Assembly: GCF_021869535.1 (NCBI RefSeq)
Contig: NW_026262582.1
Location: 5,146,001 to 5,210,000 of the forward strand
Reading direction: 5' to 3'
DNA: 64,000 nt
Source: Mytilus californianus
Lineage: Eukaryota
Position 1 is the stretch's first letter, and each line of letters opens with the position of its first letter. Below, one piece after another: positions 38,535 through 50,487 of the stretch. The translations under genes were made by a program, and so were the position numbers. The notes under the pieces are model-generated. The model was not told the origin of the DNA. It did not search any database and worked only from the letters and a program-made list of their open reading frames with translations.

Positions 38535-39287
38535 TTAGTTTAAATTTTCCCTTGGTTTCCCGAATTGTTCATTTGGTCTTGCTCTACAATTTCTTTGATA
38601 ATGACCTGGTTTACCACAATTCCAACAGAAGAATGTTCCTCTTGATTGTCCTGTTAAGTTAGGTTTATTTTGGACAGAATTTAACCTTCTAGGAGGATAT
38701 GAATTTACATTATTACTTAGCGTGTGGTCATTACAATTCCCTCGGGGCACATGTAATTCGGCACGCGAACTTACTGTGTTTACATGAAATTTTGCATTAT
38801 TATCCCTACAATATTTTGCCTTATGGCCAAATCGCTTACAATAGTTACATTTTACACCTATTTCTCGGTAATGTGATACGTCCATTGGTGTAATATTACG
38901 CTCATTACCGTTACTTTTTTCAAGTCAAATTTTCGTCTTAATTGCGTTTCAGCCATTGCCGAGTTTACTGCTTGAGCCAAAGTTTGTGGATTTTCACGCA
39001 TTATTTTCATTCTCAAATAATCTTGATACAACCCGTTTATGAAAAAGTTAACTAATTGAAGTTGAACAATTGGTTGATTGATATCTTGACCTCTAAAAGC
39101 ATCTGTTGGTAATCATTGCATATTTTTCTATGGATCGAATCCATTGAGAATATTTTTCTGAATTTGAACCATCAAAGCCTTTAATTATCGAATTGACACC
39201 GTTTGCAGTTAATTTTTTAGTAAGACTTTGAACTTGTGTTGCTAAATTTTGAAAAACTAACCCTACATTAAATTCTTGTTCAGCCAT
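38535..39287 (-). pseudogene. gag: Gypsy gag with two CCHC zinc knuckles; apparent internal deletion and frameshifts
   Basis: MAEQEF...FDGSNSEKYSQWIRSIEKYA; FINGL...MRENPQTLAQAV; CNYCKRFGHKAKYC and CWNCGKPGHYQRNC. Confidence 0.9.
38538..38544 (-). promoter_or_regulatory. -1 ribosomal frameshift heptamer U UUA AAC at the gag-pol junction
   Basis: Immediately before the gag TAA. The -1 frame is the protease frame, open apart from one stop near 38340. Confidence 0.75.
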
Positions 39288-39349
39288 TTTTGAGAATATA
39301 ATAATTAAGATTATCAAATAAAATTTCACTGTACCTTTCTTTAGAATTC

Positions 39350-39367
39350 ATCCTGGTCACGGCACCA
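39350..39367 (-). other. Primer-binding site complementary to a tRNA-His-like 3' end
   Basis: TGGTGCCGTGACCAGGAT on the minus strand, 9 nt inside the 5' LTR end. Confidence 0.75.
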
Positions 39368-39376
39368 CAAAGACTG

Positions 39377-39863
39377 TGTAACACAACAAGATAGTTAGTT
39401 AACAGTTTATTTACGCCAAATGAGCCGATGTGTCCCATACAGTAAATACATAAGTATATATACAGAATATAACAGTTTGTCAAAGTTTCTATTAATTTGA
39501 CAATAATAGTTTTAATTCTAAAGGTACATGGGTGAATATCTATTAAGTTGACTCTAATTGACATGTTTTGACCAAGCTGGAAATTAATAGTTGTAGAATA
39601 CACGTATGTCCAGTCTTTTAACTAATTGTTATTACAACATGTCACCATCTGGTCTGCATGTAAACATGTTTTTAAAGTTATATGCAACGTAGTGGTCAAT
39701 TAAAACAACCTTTCCCAAGGGCATGATTTTCTTAATAGATATTCCCCTGTATTTATTTTATTCAATTTAATAAACATTTTGAGAATATATAATCATAAAT
39801 ATAAATATAAATATATATATATATAAATATATATATATATTTTAAGCCCATCATATTGTCACA
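39377..39863 (-). repeat. 5' LTR (487 bp)
   Basis: Matches 23251-23745 and is followed by the CATG TSD. Confidence 0.97.
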
Positions 39864-41801
39864 CATGATCACAAATTTCAACAAGTAAATAATGCAAAAG
39901 TTTAAAGGTCAATGAACTATGACTGAGTAGGCTTGGCTGAATAGTCTCCATTTTTAATTCTATTGATTTTTTCTGTGGACAGTGTATAACTTGCAATTTT
40001 TTTTCATACACCTTCCAGATTTATTTCTTTATATTTTATGCATAAAATATCAAGTAGGGGGAAGAAATTACATGTTAAAAAAATTGGCATGAATTTTAAG
40101 TTTGAGTAGTGATTTGGTCCAGTTTTGACTCCTGAGTTGACGCATGAAAACAACATGCCTAGTTCTTGTTTATCAAGGCAAGAAAATAAGGGAAAAAAAG
40201 ATAAGGAAAAGTAAAGAATGATCAGGTCACTTGAAATCAGTCATGAAGAATTTTAAATCTTCCAAGTAAAATCCTTTGAGTGTTCACAAGGAACTTCCCT
40301 GTCATTTAAGTAATAACAATTTGAATTTCGCCTTACATATTTGCTTTTGGACTTCAAAACCTTTTCCCTTGAGGTAAAACTGTAATGACTAGGATCATTG
40401 CTTTAACTATTGAGATCTATCCATTAATATTTTCTATCCTTACCTTGATCATGTTAATAAATATTTTGCAACATGTTTTCATATCAGGTAAAGAAAGATG
40501 TTTATTTGAATCAAATATCCTTTTGTATAAAAGTTATTTAATTTTACCAAAACCTACCAGCCAAACACATTACAAACTGACATTTCTGCTTTGAATTCAA
40601 TACGTCATGTACACATTACAAATTAATTTTAAGTTTTAAACATGACTTTGGTGTACCTATTAATTCATTTTTTTATTTCGTTAAAGCTAAATATTTAATA
40701 TAACCTTTATGAAATTCAGTAAGCAGAACACTTGAATACTCAATTAACAAGGTATAAATTAAGTTTTGATCATTATTATGTATATCAGGAGACAATATTT
40801 ACAATAACAGAGAATCATAAACTTGTGCTCATGATTAAATTCTACCATTAGCATATTCTCTCATCAACACAAATAAAAAATCAACATTTAAAATTGTATT
40901 CTAATGATTCAACATTAAATCATAACTCATATATACATTTAAGCTTTAAATTCATAAAATGAAAACAAATAATTTTGATTAATTTTACATGATGGAAGGT
41001 ATGAGGGTATAAGTAAATGAACAAGAAGACAGAAATAAAAATTATAAAATATGTAAAGATTAAAAAAACTATGAAAAAATAATACAGAAACTACTAGTAT
41101 CAAAATTATGTCAAATAGGCTGACAACCAGAATAAAAAAAACAACTACCTTTTACACAAAAATACACACTATCAACAACATTAACTGTACCAGTTTGACT
41201 TCAACAGATGTGCATTTGGATAATAAATGTCTCCTCAGTAATGCTTGAGGCCAAAATATTTGAAAATCAAAGCTTTTAAAATTATTTTGAATAGTATTTT
41301 GGTTTTGAACATCACTGTACCAGTTGAAAAGACATTAAATCTAAAAATTTGCATCTGGTGCAGTTAAATTGGAAACATCCAATTGTGAAACGTGAAGTTA
41401 CAATAAGTTATCAATGTTTGCTTTGGCTGGTTTATATTGATGATCTATCTTTATCCCATTTATTAGTTGTACCACATTTTTTTGCAAAATATTAATTGCT
41501 AAAGATTCACATACCCACTTCCTAAAATACCATAGAAATTTACAAAATATAAGAAATTATAAGTTAAGTTTTTTGTGAAGTACCTTTAGAACTGAAGAAC
41601 AGGATTACATTGTTAATATTTACAAACATAAATTTGTACAAATGTATATATATTACTGATATGTCATAAAACTTTGTAATTTAAAAATAATTGTCATATA
41701 TAAATTGTAAATTGTGATAAAAACAATTATGCATTCAAATTTGTAAGACTAGAAACTTAAACAAAATAAATATATATTATCTTACTAAACTGAAATGTAA
41801 G

Positions 41802-42005
41802 CTATGACTTTAAAGGGTCTGTTTCTCCTTTTTCTTTCTGACTAGGACTTCTACATAAAAGACGTTTAGCATATTTGTATTCACTAGAATTAGTAATAGC
41901 AGCTATATCCATGTCTCTTGTTTCTGGCAAAATTTTGAACATCATCAAACAAAGAACAAATGTAATTACACTGAACATAAGGTACACATAACTACCCATT
42001 GACAT
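41802..42005 (-). CDS. Facilitated sugar transporter (SLC2A/GLUT-like), last coding exon
   Basis: ttacatttcag|ATG. MGSYVYLMFSVITFVLCLMMFKILPETR carries the PET(K/R) motif after TM12. Phase 0 matches exon 53004-53131. Confidence 0.85.
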   Translation of the reverse strand: MSMGSYVYLMFSVITFVLCLMMFKILPETRDMDIAAITNSSEYKYAKRLLCRSPSQKEKGETDPLKS

Positions 42006-42929
42006 CTGAAATGTAAAATTAACATACTAGCTGCGTCAGATAGAAATTGACCTTATGCAAGTGCACATTTCGTGTACATGTATAAGACTTTGATTGATTT
42101 TAGAGCATTCATTACAAAATAAAAGATGAATTTTGGTCTGTTTTGTATGGTTCTTATATCATTTCAAATTTTAATCATTTACAGACTTTGTATAGAGATT
42201 TGTTCTACTGAAATAAGTTTACAGATGTATTGATATTCATTCGCACAAGGTCGATTTCTATCAGACGCAGCTCATACAATACATAAATAGTTCTGATGCA
42301 ATTTTTTGGTATTGTGGTACTGTAAATTCAGAAATTATTGCTTGCATTTATTATTGCGATTTTTGAAGAAAGGACACAGATGCTAGGTTGATTATTGCGA
42401 TTTCAGGAAAATCTGCCTATAAATGTATGTATCTTATATCAGAATGGGAGTTCTTATTATTGTGATACTGACCAGTCGCATTAATCGCATTAATAAAAAG
42501 CTTGCAATAATTTCTGAACTTACAGTATTTGATTTTAATTTATCTGATACATATAAAAAAAAATCATATTACTTTAGCAAATGAAAATAACACTTAAAAA
42601 ATTTTTGTCCACCGTAAGCGCTCCTCTTGATGTTCCTATTCATGTATCACAAACACTCAATCCATAAATATGGAATTCTACTAATAACCCTAATTAAGGA
42701 AACAACAGAGGATAAAAAGGTTCACATCACTATCAATATCCTGAGAATGCAATTTTTATATAATCTGAGTGTGCTCACTCATAAGGAAGAAGATCTTCAA
42801 AAATCATTATCATTCATTTATGTATGACTTTATTAGTTGAACATAAGATTGCTACGCTGTAGAAAAATCCCATCCAAAACCCCTCCCCTCCCCCAACCCA
42901 CCATTGTGTTAACGAATAAAATGGTGTGT

Positions 42930-43600
42930 CACAAGGTATCAAAAGTCAAATATGGTCAAATCAAAATGACAGTACAATAGGATCAACTACACATAATCGA
43001 AGCAATGAAGTATGAGAGTTTTCTGTCAAAAAGTCTCAGAGGAGCTGTGTTCACAATGTGTAAATATAAAAACACTTCAGAAAAATTGTCAAAGTCTTGT
43101 AACTCCTGTAAATATTGTCAAATCAAAATTGCGGATCAATGGTCAACTACACATGATAGTAATTAATACTTCTAAGTATGAGAAATTTCTGTCAAACTAT
43201 CTTGTATAGAGTTGGAATCAAAAGTTGTCAATGTTAAAATACTTATAAAAATGGTCAAAGTCCAATTACTGGCTGTTCATATGGTCACCAACACATGAAG
43301 GCAAAAATTACCTACTAAGTATGAAAATTTTCTGTCAAACGATCTCAGAGGAGTTACGTTTGCAAATGTATAAATGTTACAATATTTCAAAAGAATGGTC
43401 GAAGTCCCACAAGTCCTGTAAAAAGTATCGAATCAAAATGGTGGTTCAATATGGTCATCTACATATAATGGCAAACAATTATACTAAACATGAGTATTTT
43501 TCTATAATCTGAGAGAGGTTGCATTCACAGAGTTTCAGATAGACAAACAGAGATGACTAAAAGGACAAATCATATTACCATATCCCCAAAGTGCGATGTA
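42930..43600 (+). repeat. Degenerate ~155-bp tandem array (about 4 units), probably the core of a helentron-associated element
   Basis: Recurring gtcaaatcaaaat...ggtcaactacacat...aagtatgaga.ttttctgtcaaa. Confidence 0.65.
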
Positions 43601-43686
43601 TGGACAGTTATTTCATAGTTAGTTGCTAAAGAATAAATACAGTTTGTTACAATTTATGCAAATCACTATTAAGCCATAGCACATAT

Positions 43687-43977
43687 AACAAGAATGTATC
43701 CATAGTACACGGATTCCCCACTCGCACTATCATTTTCTATGTTCAGTGGACCGTGAATCTGGGATCAAAACTCAAATTTGGCATTACAATTAAAAAGATC
43801 ATATCATAGGAAACATGTGTACTAAGTTTCAAGTTGATTGGACTTCAACTTCATCAAAAACTACCTTGACCAAAAACTTTAACCTGAAGCGACCAAAAAA
43901 TTTAACCTGAAGCGGGACAGACGGACGGACGGACGAACGGACCGAAAAACATAATGCCCCTAAGTGGGGCATAAAAA
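43687..43977 (+). mobile_element. Helentron-associated/DINE-like non-autonomous element (related copy 61419-61652)
   Basis: aacaagaatg start, (GGAC)n microsatellite, 3' hairpin atgcccctaagtggggcat followed by an A-run. Confidence 0.7.
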
Positions 43978-46093
43978 TATGTGAACAGCCCAAATTCATG
44001 GCTTTCATTTGGGATATTGACAAACATTTTTGTGAAAGAATAAATAGCGATGCAGTGGTCTGCAAGTATTGCAATCAGATCCTGAAAGATCTGGTATCTG
44101 ATCATGAATGCAATTAATGCAACTTAAAAATCTTTAACAATAATATCTTAGTAAAAAGGTTGAAAAAAGACATATCATGCTTTTCTCTGACTGTAAATGA
44201 CATCTTCACACTAAATACATTGGATGTTGGATGTGTATGGATCGATATTTTAGTCTTAGATACATGATTTTTTATTAGTTATTGGGTTTAAACTAGCTGT
44301 CAGTAACTGCGAGTACTCTCAGATCTGTACTTTTGTGTCTTTTTTGTTATTAGGGATGTATAAATACCCTGCCACGTCCAGTCTGTGTTTTTGTGAGATT
44401 TTTTTTGCTTTGTATCAATTTGATGATTTACGGTGCAGTCCCGTGTATCCGCCCACCTAAGACTTTTGTCTTCACTTTGGTAATCTTTTAAAACCAATAA
44501 ACGGATAATATTGGGTGAACAAATTCATGACATACTTTAATTTCACGAAATCTTCTTTATGTATGGTTTCACCCTTATGATTTTATGTAATATGTGTCCA
44601 AAATTAGGTAAACCCCTGTTTTGACAGTTCGTCAAATGTCCGGTGATTTTGCGCATGCCTTCTAAAAATAACTAATTTTGAATACAGGAAAGATTTTTTA
44701 CTACAAAATATAGTTCAGTTTGAACCAAACAGACTGATAAGGATGCGGAGAAAAATTTATTTCATTTTGATAAAAAAAATTCTTAAAATGAAACCAATTT
44801 ATTGTGATGATTTAATTTATTTTATGGAAAATGGCCAAATATGGTTAATCATGGGATTGCAATTATAAATTTATGCTTGTACTTATCAATTTAAATCTTG
44901 TTTGTCCCTTCGGAAGACTAAAACAATTACAAGAACGATTCTATTTGTATTACATTGCGGATATGACCAAATCAGGTAATGCGCGATATCGCCGGCCACA
45001 CGGACACAGGGGATTCCACTGTAAGCACTTTTCAACTGATTTATATAGTTTGTTCTTATATTGTTCTGGAACACATCTGTTCCAGGTTAGGGGAGGGTTG
45101 AGCGCTCACAAACATGTGCCTGTCCCAAGTCAATAGCCTGTAGTTCGGTGGTTGTCATTGGTTCATGTCTGTCATATTTGTTTTGTTATAAATTATGCCG
45201 TTAGTTTTCTCTGTTGAATTGTTTCATATTTTTCATGTCAGGGCCTTTTATAGCCGATCACACTGTATGGGTTTTAATCATTGGTGAAGGCCGTATGGTT
45301 GCCTATAATTGCTAACATCCACTTCACTTGAACTTTTGGGGATAGTTGTCTCATTTTCAATCATACCACATCTCCTTATTTTCATTTTTGTGACTTAATA
45401 TAAAGTCTGTCAAGAAGGTTCAACATTCTGATCATCATTTGTATCTAAGAATCAAAGCGCGAAAGCGCTGTAAAGGCAGTTAATTACAGGTTGTGTGTAT
45501 TTTTAGTCCAGTTATAACATTATCTTGCATAGTACATTGTACTTATCAGAGGTGGCTTTCAGTATTTAAGATTTAGAGTTCTCTAATGATATTGAACAAG
45601 TTTTCTGAATGTCATATTCTGAGCACTATATGAAGGCGATTGTTCTCACTTGTTTATGAACTAGTGCATTATGTCCAGTTTGTACCTTTTTTATCTATGT
45701 TTATAGTCAAATACTGTTTAAAATAGTTTGGCATTTTCTTCTTAGTAATAAGTAAATGTTATCAACTGTATTTTATTCAACTTTGCAAATGTGGTTTGTT
45801 ACTGGTAAGTACAATGTATGGATGACAGTTGTTTCATTGGCAATCATAACACATCTTATTTATATAATGATCTATATTCAACGACCTCAGGTACAAAAAA
45901 AAATGTATGTAACTGAACTATGATGGGAAACCTTTGACTTCTTTCTTTTAAATAAACTTTTGATTTGGTACCATAGAACTATGTAGAATAAATGTACATT
46001 GCAACATGTCAACTCTTTCAATGAAAATACTTTTTTTAGAAACTATAACTCCAAGCAAAATTATATTTCCAAGTATAAAGTAATTTATGAATG

Positions 46094-47142
46094 AAACAAG
46101 AGTGCACACGCTGAAATGTCTCGCCTTCTTTACTAATAATTGATATTATGTTGATAGTCCGAAATATAAAGCTTTATTACAACTGTCACATAAACCTAAC
46201 ATTAACCAAGTAAACTAAACATTGACCAATGAACCAAGAAAATGAGGTCAAGGTCAGATGAACCATGCTAGGCAGGCATGTACAGCTAACAATTCTTCCA
46301 TACAACAAATATAGTTGACCTATTGCTTATAGTTTAAGAAAAACAGACCAAAACACAAAAACTTAAAACTGAGCAATGAACCTTGAAAATGAGGTCAAGG
46401 TAAAAAAAAACCTGCGTGACTGACAAATAGATCATAAAATATTTCCATACACCAAATATAGTTGAACTATTGCATATAGTATTAGAAAAAAAGACCAAAA
46501 CTCAAAAACTTAACTTTGACCACTGAACCATGAAAATGAGGTCAAGGTCAGATGACACCTGCCAGCTAGACATGTACACCTTATAATCATTCCATACACA
46601 AAATATAGTAGACCTATTGCATACAGTATAAGAAAAAGACCAAAACACAAAAACTTAACTTTAACCACTGAACCATGAAAATGAGGTCAAGGTCAGATAA
46701 TACCTGCCAGTTGGACAGTCCTTCCATACACCTAATATACTAGACCTATTGCTTATAGTATCTGAGATATGGACTTGACCACCAAAACTTAAACTTGTTC
46801 ACTGATCCATGAAATGAGGTCGAGGTCAAGTGAAAACTGTCTGACGGGCATGAGTACTTTGCAAGGTACGCACATACCAAATATAGTTATCCTATTACTT
46901 ATAATAAGAGAGAATTTAACATTACAAAAAATCTTAACTTTTTTTTCAAGTAGTCACTGAACCATGAAAATGAGGTCAAGGACATTGGACATGTGACCGA
47001 CGGAAACTTCGTAACATGAGGCATCCATATACAAAGTATGAAGCATCCAGACCTTCCACCTTCTAAAATATAAAGCTTTTAAGAAGTTAGCTAACGCCGC
47101 CGCCGGATCACTATCCCTATGTCGAGCTTTCTGCGACAAAAA
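46094..47142 (+). mobile_element. Helentron-associated element with a ~150-bp internal satellite array
   Basis: Multiple aaccatgaaaatgaggtcaaggtcag units, aaacaagag start, (GCC)n and a terminal gtcgagctttctgcgac hairpin-like end. An inverted related fragment follows to about 47330. Confidence 0.65.
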
Positions 47143-47659
47143 GGAGTTCTTAATTAAGAAATAAACTGATTCGCTGAGCGCAGCTGGATACACCCGCAGA
47201 GGTCCAACCATGAACAGTTGGGGCAAAAATGGACACAATATTCAAGCTTGATACAGGTCTGAATTTGGATTGTAATTAAATATTTGACATATTATAGTTT
47301 CTGAATAAATGTAGTCAAAGAACTTGAAATCGGTTATATGAATTGAATTTATATTCAATTAAAGATTTCTTGCTGTTGTGCAATACACTGTGCTGTTACG
47401 CAATACTTAATAAATCTGTTGCCAGACTATAAACAAATAAAGTTCAATTTCTTCTCAATGTCATATTTGAAATTTATGAAAATCAAAAGGGAGATTACAT
47501 CAATAGCTATAAATAATTCACCAAAGTTTCATGCGAACTGCTTAAAGCATTTTTGAGTTGTTGTCCAAAAACTGGAAAATCCCCCCTTTTTTAATGAATA
47601 AAACCCCATAACTCAGAAATGTAAAATCTAAAATTTATAAAATTCTAAAGGGAGCTTAC

Positions 47660-48250
47660 GGATTGATAATTTAGTCTAAGATGCAAGATTTTTTATCAGT
47701 TGTTAGTGGCTTTGAACTAGCTGTCAGTTAATGCGAGTACTCTCAGATCTGTACTTAGTGTCTTTTTGTTGTTTGGATGTACAACTACCCGGCCACGTCC
47801 ACTTGTATTTGTATTTATCCATCTGATGAGTTAAGCCTCTTTCAACTGATTTTTATATTTCGTTCTTATATTGTACTGTTACACCACTGTCCCAGGTTAG
47901 GGGGTGGGTTGGGATCCCGCTAACAAGTTTAACCCCGTCACATTCTGTATGTACATGTATGTGCCTGTCCCAAGTCAGGAGCCTGTAATTCAGTGGTTGT
48001 CGTTTGTTTATATGTTGCATATTTGTTATTCGTTCAATTTTTTGTACATAAATTAGGCCATTAGTTTTCTTGTTTGAATTGTTTTACATTGTCATTTCGG
48101 GGCCTTTTATAGCTCACTGTGCGGTATGTGCTTTGCTCATTGTTGAAGGCCGTACTGTGACCTACATGTATAGCTGTTAATTTCTGTGTCATTTGGTCTC
48201 TTGTGGAGAGTTGTCTCATTGGCAATCATACCACATCTTCTTTTTTATAT
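47660..48250 (+). repeat. ~600-bp interspersed repeat (copy of 14690-15300)
   Basis: Direct alignment by eye. Confidence 0.9.
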
Positions 48251-48532
48251 TTACATCAACAGATATTAACAATTTACCAAAGTCAAACTTAGTTGTAAGA
48301 TCTCTGAAATTTTTTACACGGTACAAGTTTTTCGAATTGTTGGAGATTGAACAGTAACAGTAACACCTGTAACTGCTTAACCCATTTCTTATGCACTTTG
48401 GTTCGATAAACTCACTGAATATCATACCACATCTCCTTATTTTTATATGCATTACAATTTACATGTGCATGTAATTGTAAATAATATTTAAATATATATA
48501 TATCAGAACAAACTTCATTGCCTCACTTTTAT

Positions 48533-50487
48533 TTATGCATCCTTTGGCACAATACAAGTTCTAAAATTACACAACATAAAACAACTAAATGTTATTTCAG
48601 ATGAAAGTTTTGTTTCAGTTCCATTCATAAGATTTATTAGAATTTTGTATGTTTTTCCAAGTCCAATAATTACTATTTAGCTCTATGTGCACGTGTTAAT
48701 TGGAGACTTTTCTATTCTGTATAAGAGTTTTGGAACTAATTCTGTTTCTTTTTTTGAAAAAAGTGAGCAAACAAATCTTGCACATTTAAACCTTTGTCTG
48801 CCATCAAACTGTCACCTGGATCACATAATTGAACTATTCTACATCTTTCAACTATTTCACAGTCACTGGTACAACCAACATATGCATTAGAGACATAGTT
48901 GACTAAACCACCAGGTGTCGAACATACAAGTATTTTCAGTGTTTCTGTTTTTATATGATGAAAAGGTTGCCTGAGCTCTAGGAGCTTTAGGTTTTATCAA
49001 GGGATATTCTGTGCTGTCAATAATAATCCAAGTTGTAGGAAACTTTAATTTGAAGTTGGATGGCGAAAAATAACTGACTAAACCACTAAATGTGTTAGCC
49101 TCACGCCACTGTTTAGACATAAAAACAATCCATGTTTACACAATATTCTTAACACTAGTTTCAATCTAGAATCTAGACAGTTCAAAGTTGGTTGTATAAT
49201 GCCTCAATTCCTTCAAAGTCATAAAAAAACTGATTTTCAAATGACACTCTATCAATTTGAAAATATATGTATCTCAAACAATGTGCTGCTGGACCAAGTG
49301 TGGTCAAAACAAATAAAAATTTAGTATACAACTCTAAACCGGTATAAAAATGCATGGCTGTGTCACATGTCTTCATTTCAAAATTCTCTGCTGAAAATAT
49401 AGGCATTGATGGTGTTTGCGTAATTCCATCTGTGAAGCTCAATATTAGCTCGGCAGTTGGTGGTGGACAGTCATAAATCCTGTCTGCAGTACGAATGACT
49501 TCTTCAGGAAAACCAACTTTACAATCAAAACTTTCCTCTAGATTTCTATTACAATATTCATCAAGTTTAGTTCTTTTGTTTTCACAGGAAACTGCCCTCA
49601 TTTTTCTTTTTGCGGACGATTCAGTCTCTTGCTTGGTCCAGGAAAATAGGCTTGGAATGGCAGTAGAATTAAGTCTCTGTATAGTGGGTTTGCGCCCTGA
49701 AAAAGGTTATAAAACATTAGTTTTTTGATAATTAAATGAACTTCCATTAGCAATGCATACTTTGTACTACCTGGCAAAATATTAACTAGATTTATTCATT
49801 ACAATCTGGATAAAACTATGTTAGCCTGATTCAATGTACATCAAAATGTATGTTATGTAAATCCAAAGGACAAACAATGAGAGACGTATGCAACAAACAT
49901 ACATTGTTTGTACCTAAATAACTATAATATAGATGAGAGCATGTCATTGTTTTGTTCCTGTTAACATTGTCATTGATATTTTTCAAGAAAGTCTATGAGG
50001 CATAGCTTATGCATTCCTGTCATTACTACATTAGCATAATTACTGCTAAAATAATTCTCAGTATGATATACCTCTTGTAAGAAATCATTATAATTGTAGC
50101 AAGCACCAAAAAATCTCAAACAGATCACAATTAATCGTAATCCAAAAAATTATGACGTCTTGAATTAACCACCCCCTTTTATTCTAAAACGATAATTGCG
50201 GTTGTAAACAGACTTTGGTTTATTCGCATGGCGATTACATATATAACTATATATTTTAAAAAGAAAATAGAGTTTTACCATGAATAGTTTCCTGCACGTA
50301 GTCTTTTTCAATAATGTGCCTTGCAAACAACAGCTGATTGAGATGGACTCCCAATTTCATCGTGTTCTCGTCCAAACTGCGTATGGGCCATGGCGTTGAT
50401 CCAACTTTTCCTTCTTTTTAAGTCATTTGGCAACGCATCTCCTCCTCTTAAATGACATCCAGGTACACAACAACAAGTACTTGGCAT
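48533..50487 (-). pseudogene. THAP-domain transposase of the ISL2EU/Harbinger (DDE_Tnp_4) type, decayed, intron-containing
   Basis: Exon 50279-50487 MPSTCCCVPGC...LPND...W...VCKAH (THAP). HFYTGLE...ENQFF (HTH). IIIDSTE, TFSSYKNRNT, SLMADKG and HIE catalytic motifs. Confidence 0.85.

Larger units (their letters stand above)
34138..38544 (-). pseudogene. pol: Gypsy pol: protease, PR-RT insert, RT, RNase H, integrase (several frameshifts and stops)
   Basis: LIDSGAS (PR); RFCIDFR, PFGLQNSP, YKDD (RT); YTDAS, EKEA, TDHKPL (RH); HHCC finger, VDLSGP, SDNGGEF and VKRF with the catalytic E changed to K (IN); KWKPYYRI GPY/F-like motif. Confidence 0.95.
23251..39863 (-). mobile_element. Env-bearing Gypsy/Ty3 LTR retrotransposon (errantivirus-like), ~9.8 kb after removing the nested LINE
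   Basis: Paired TG..CA LTRs, CATG TSD (23247-23250 and 39864-39867), PBS, PPT, gag, PR-RT-RH-IN order, two extra ORFs and env. Confidence 0.95.

Noticed and set aside
18161-39863. All three large retroelements on the same strand, suggesting a uni-strand piRNA cluster
   Set aside because: Three elements co-oriented is expected by chance often enough; no small-RNA evidence, and nearby fragments lie on both strands.
23251-39863. Apparent paradox of ~99% identical LTRs with many internal lesions
   Set aside because: The lesion count is not clearly beyond what this divergence, a defective template or assembly indels could produce.
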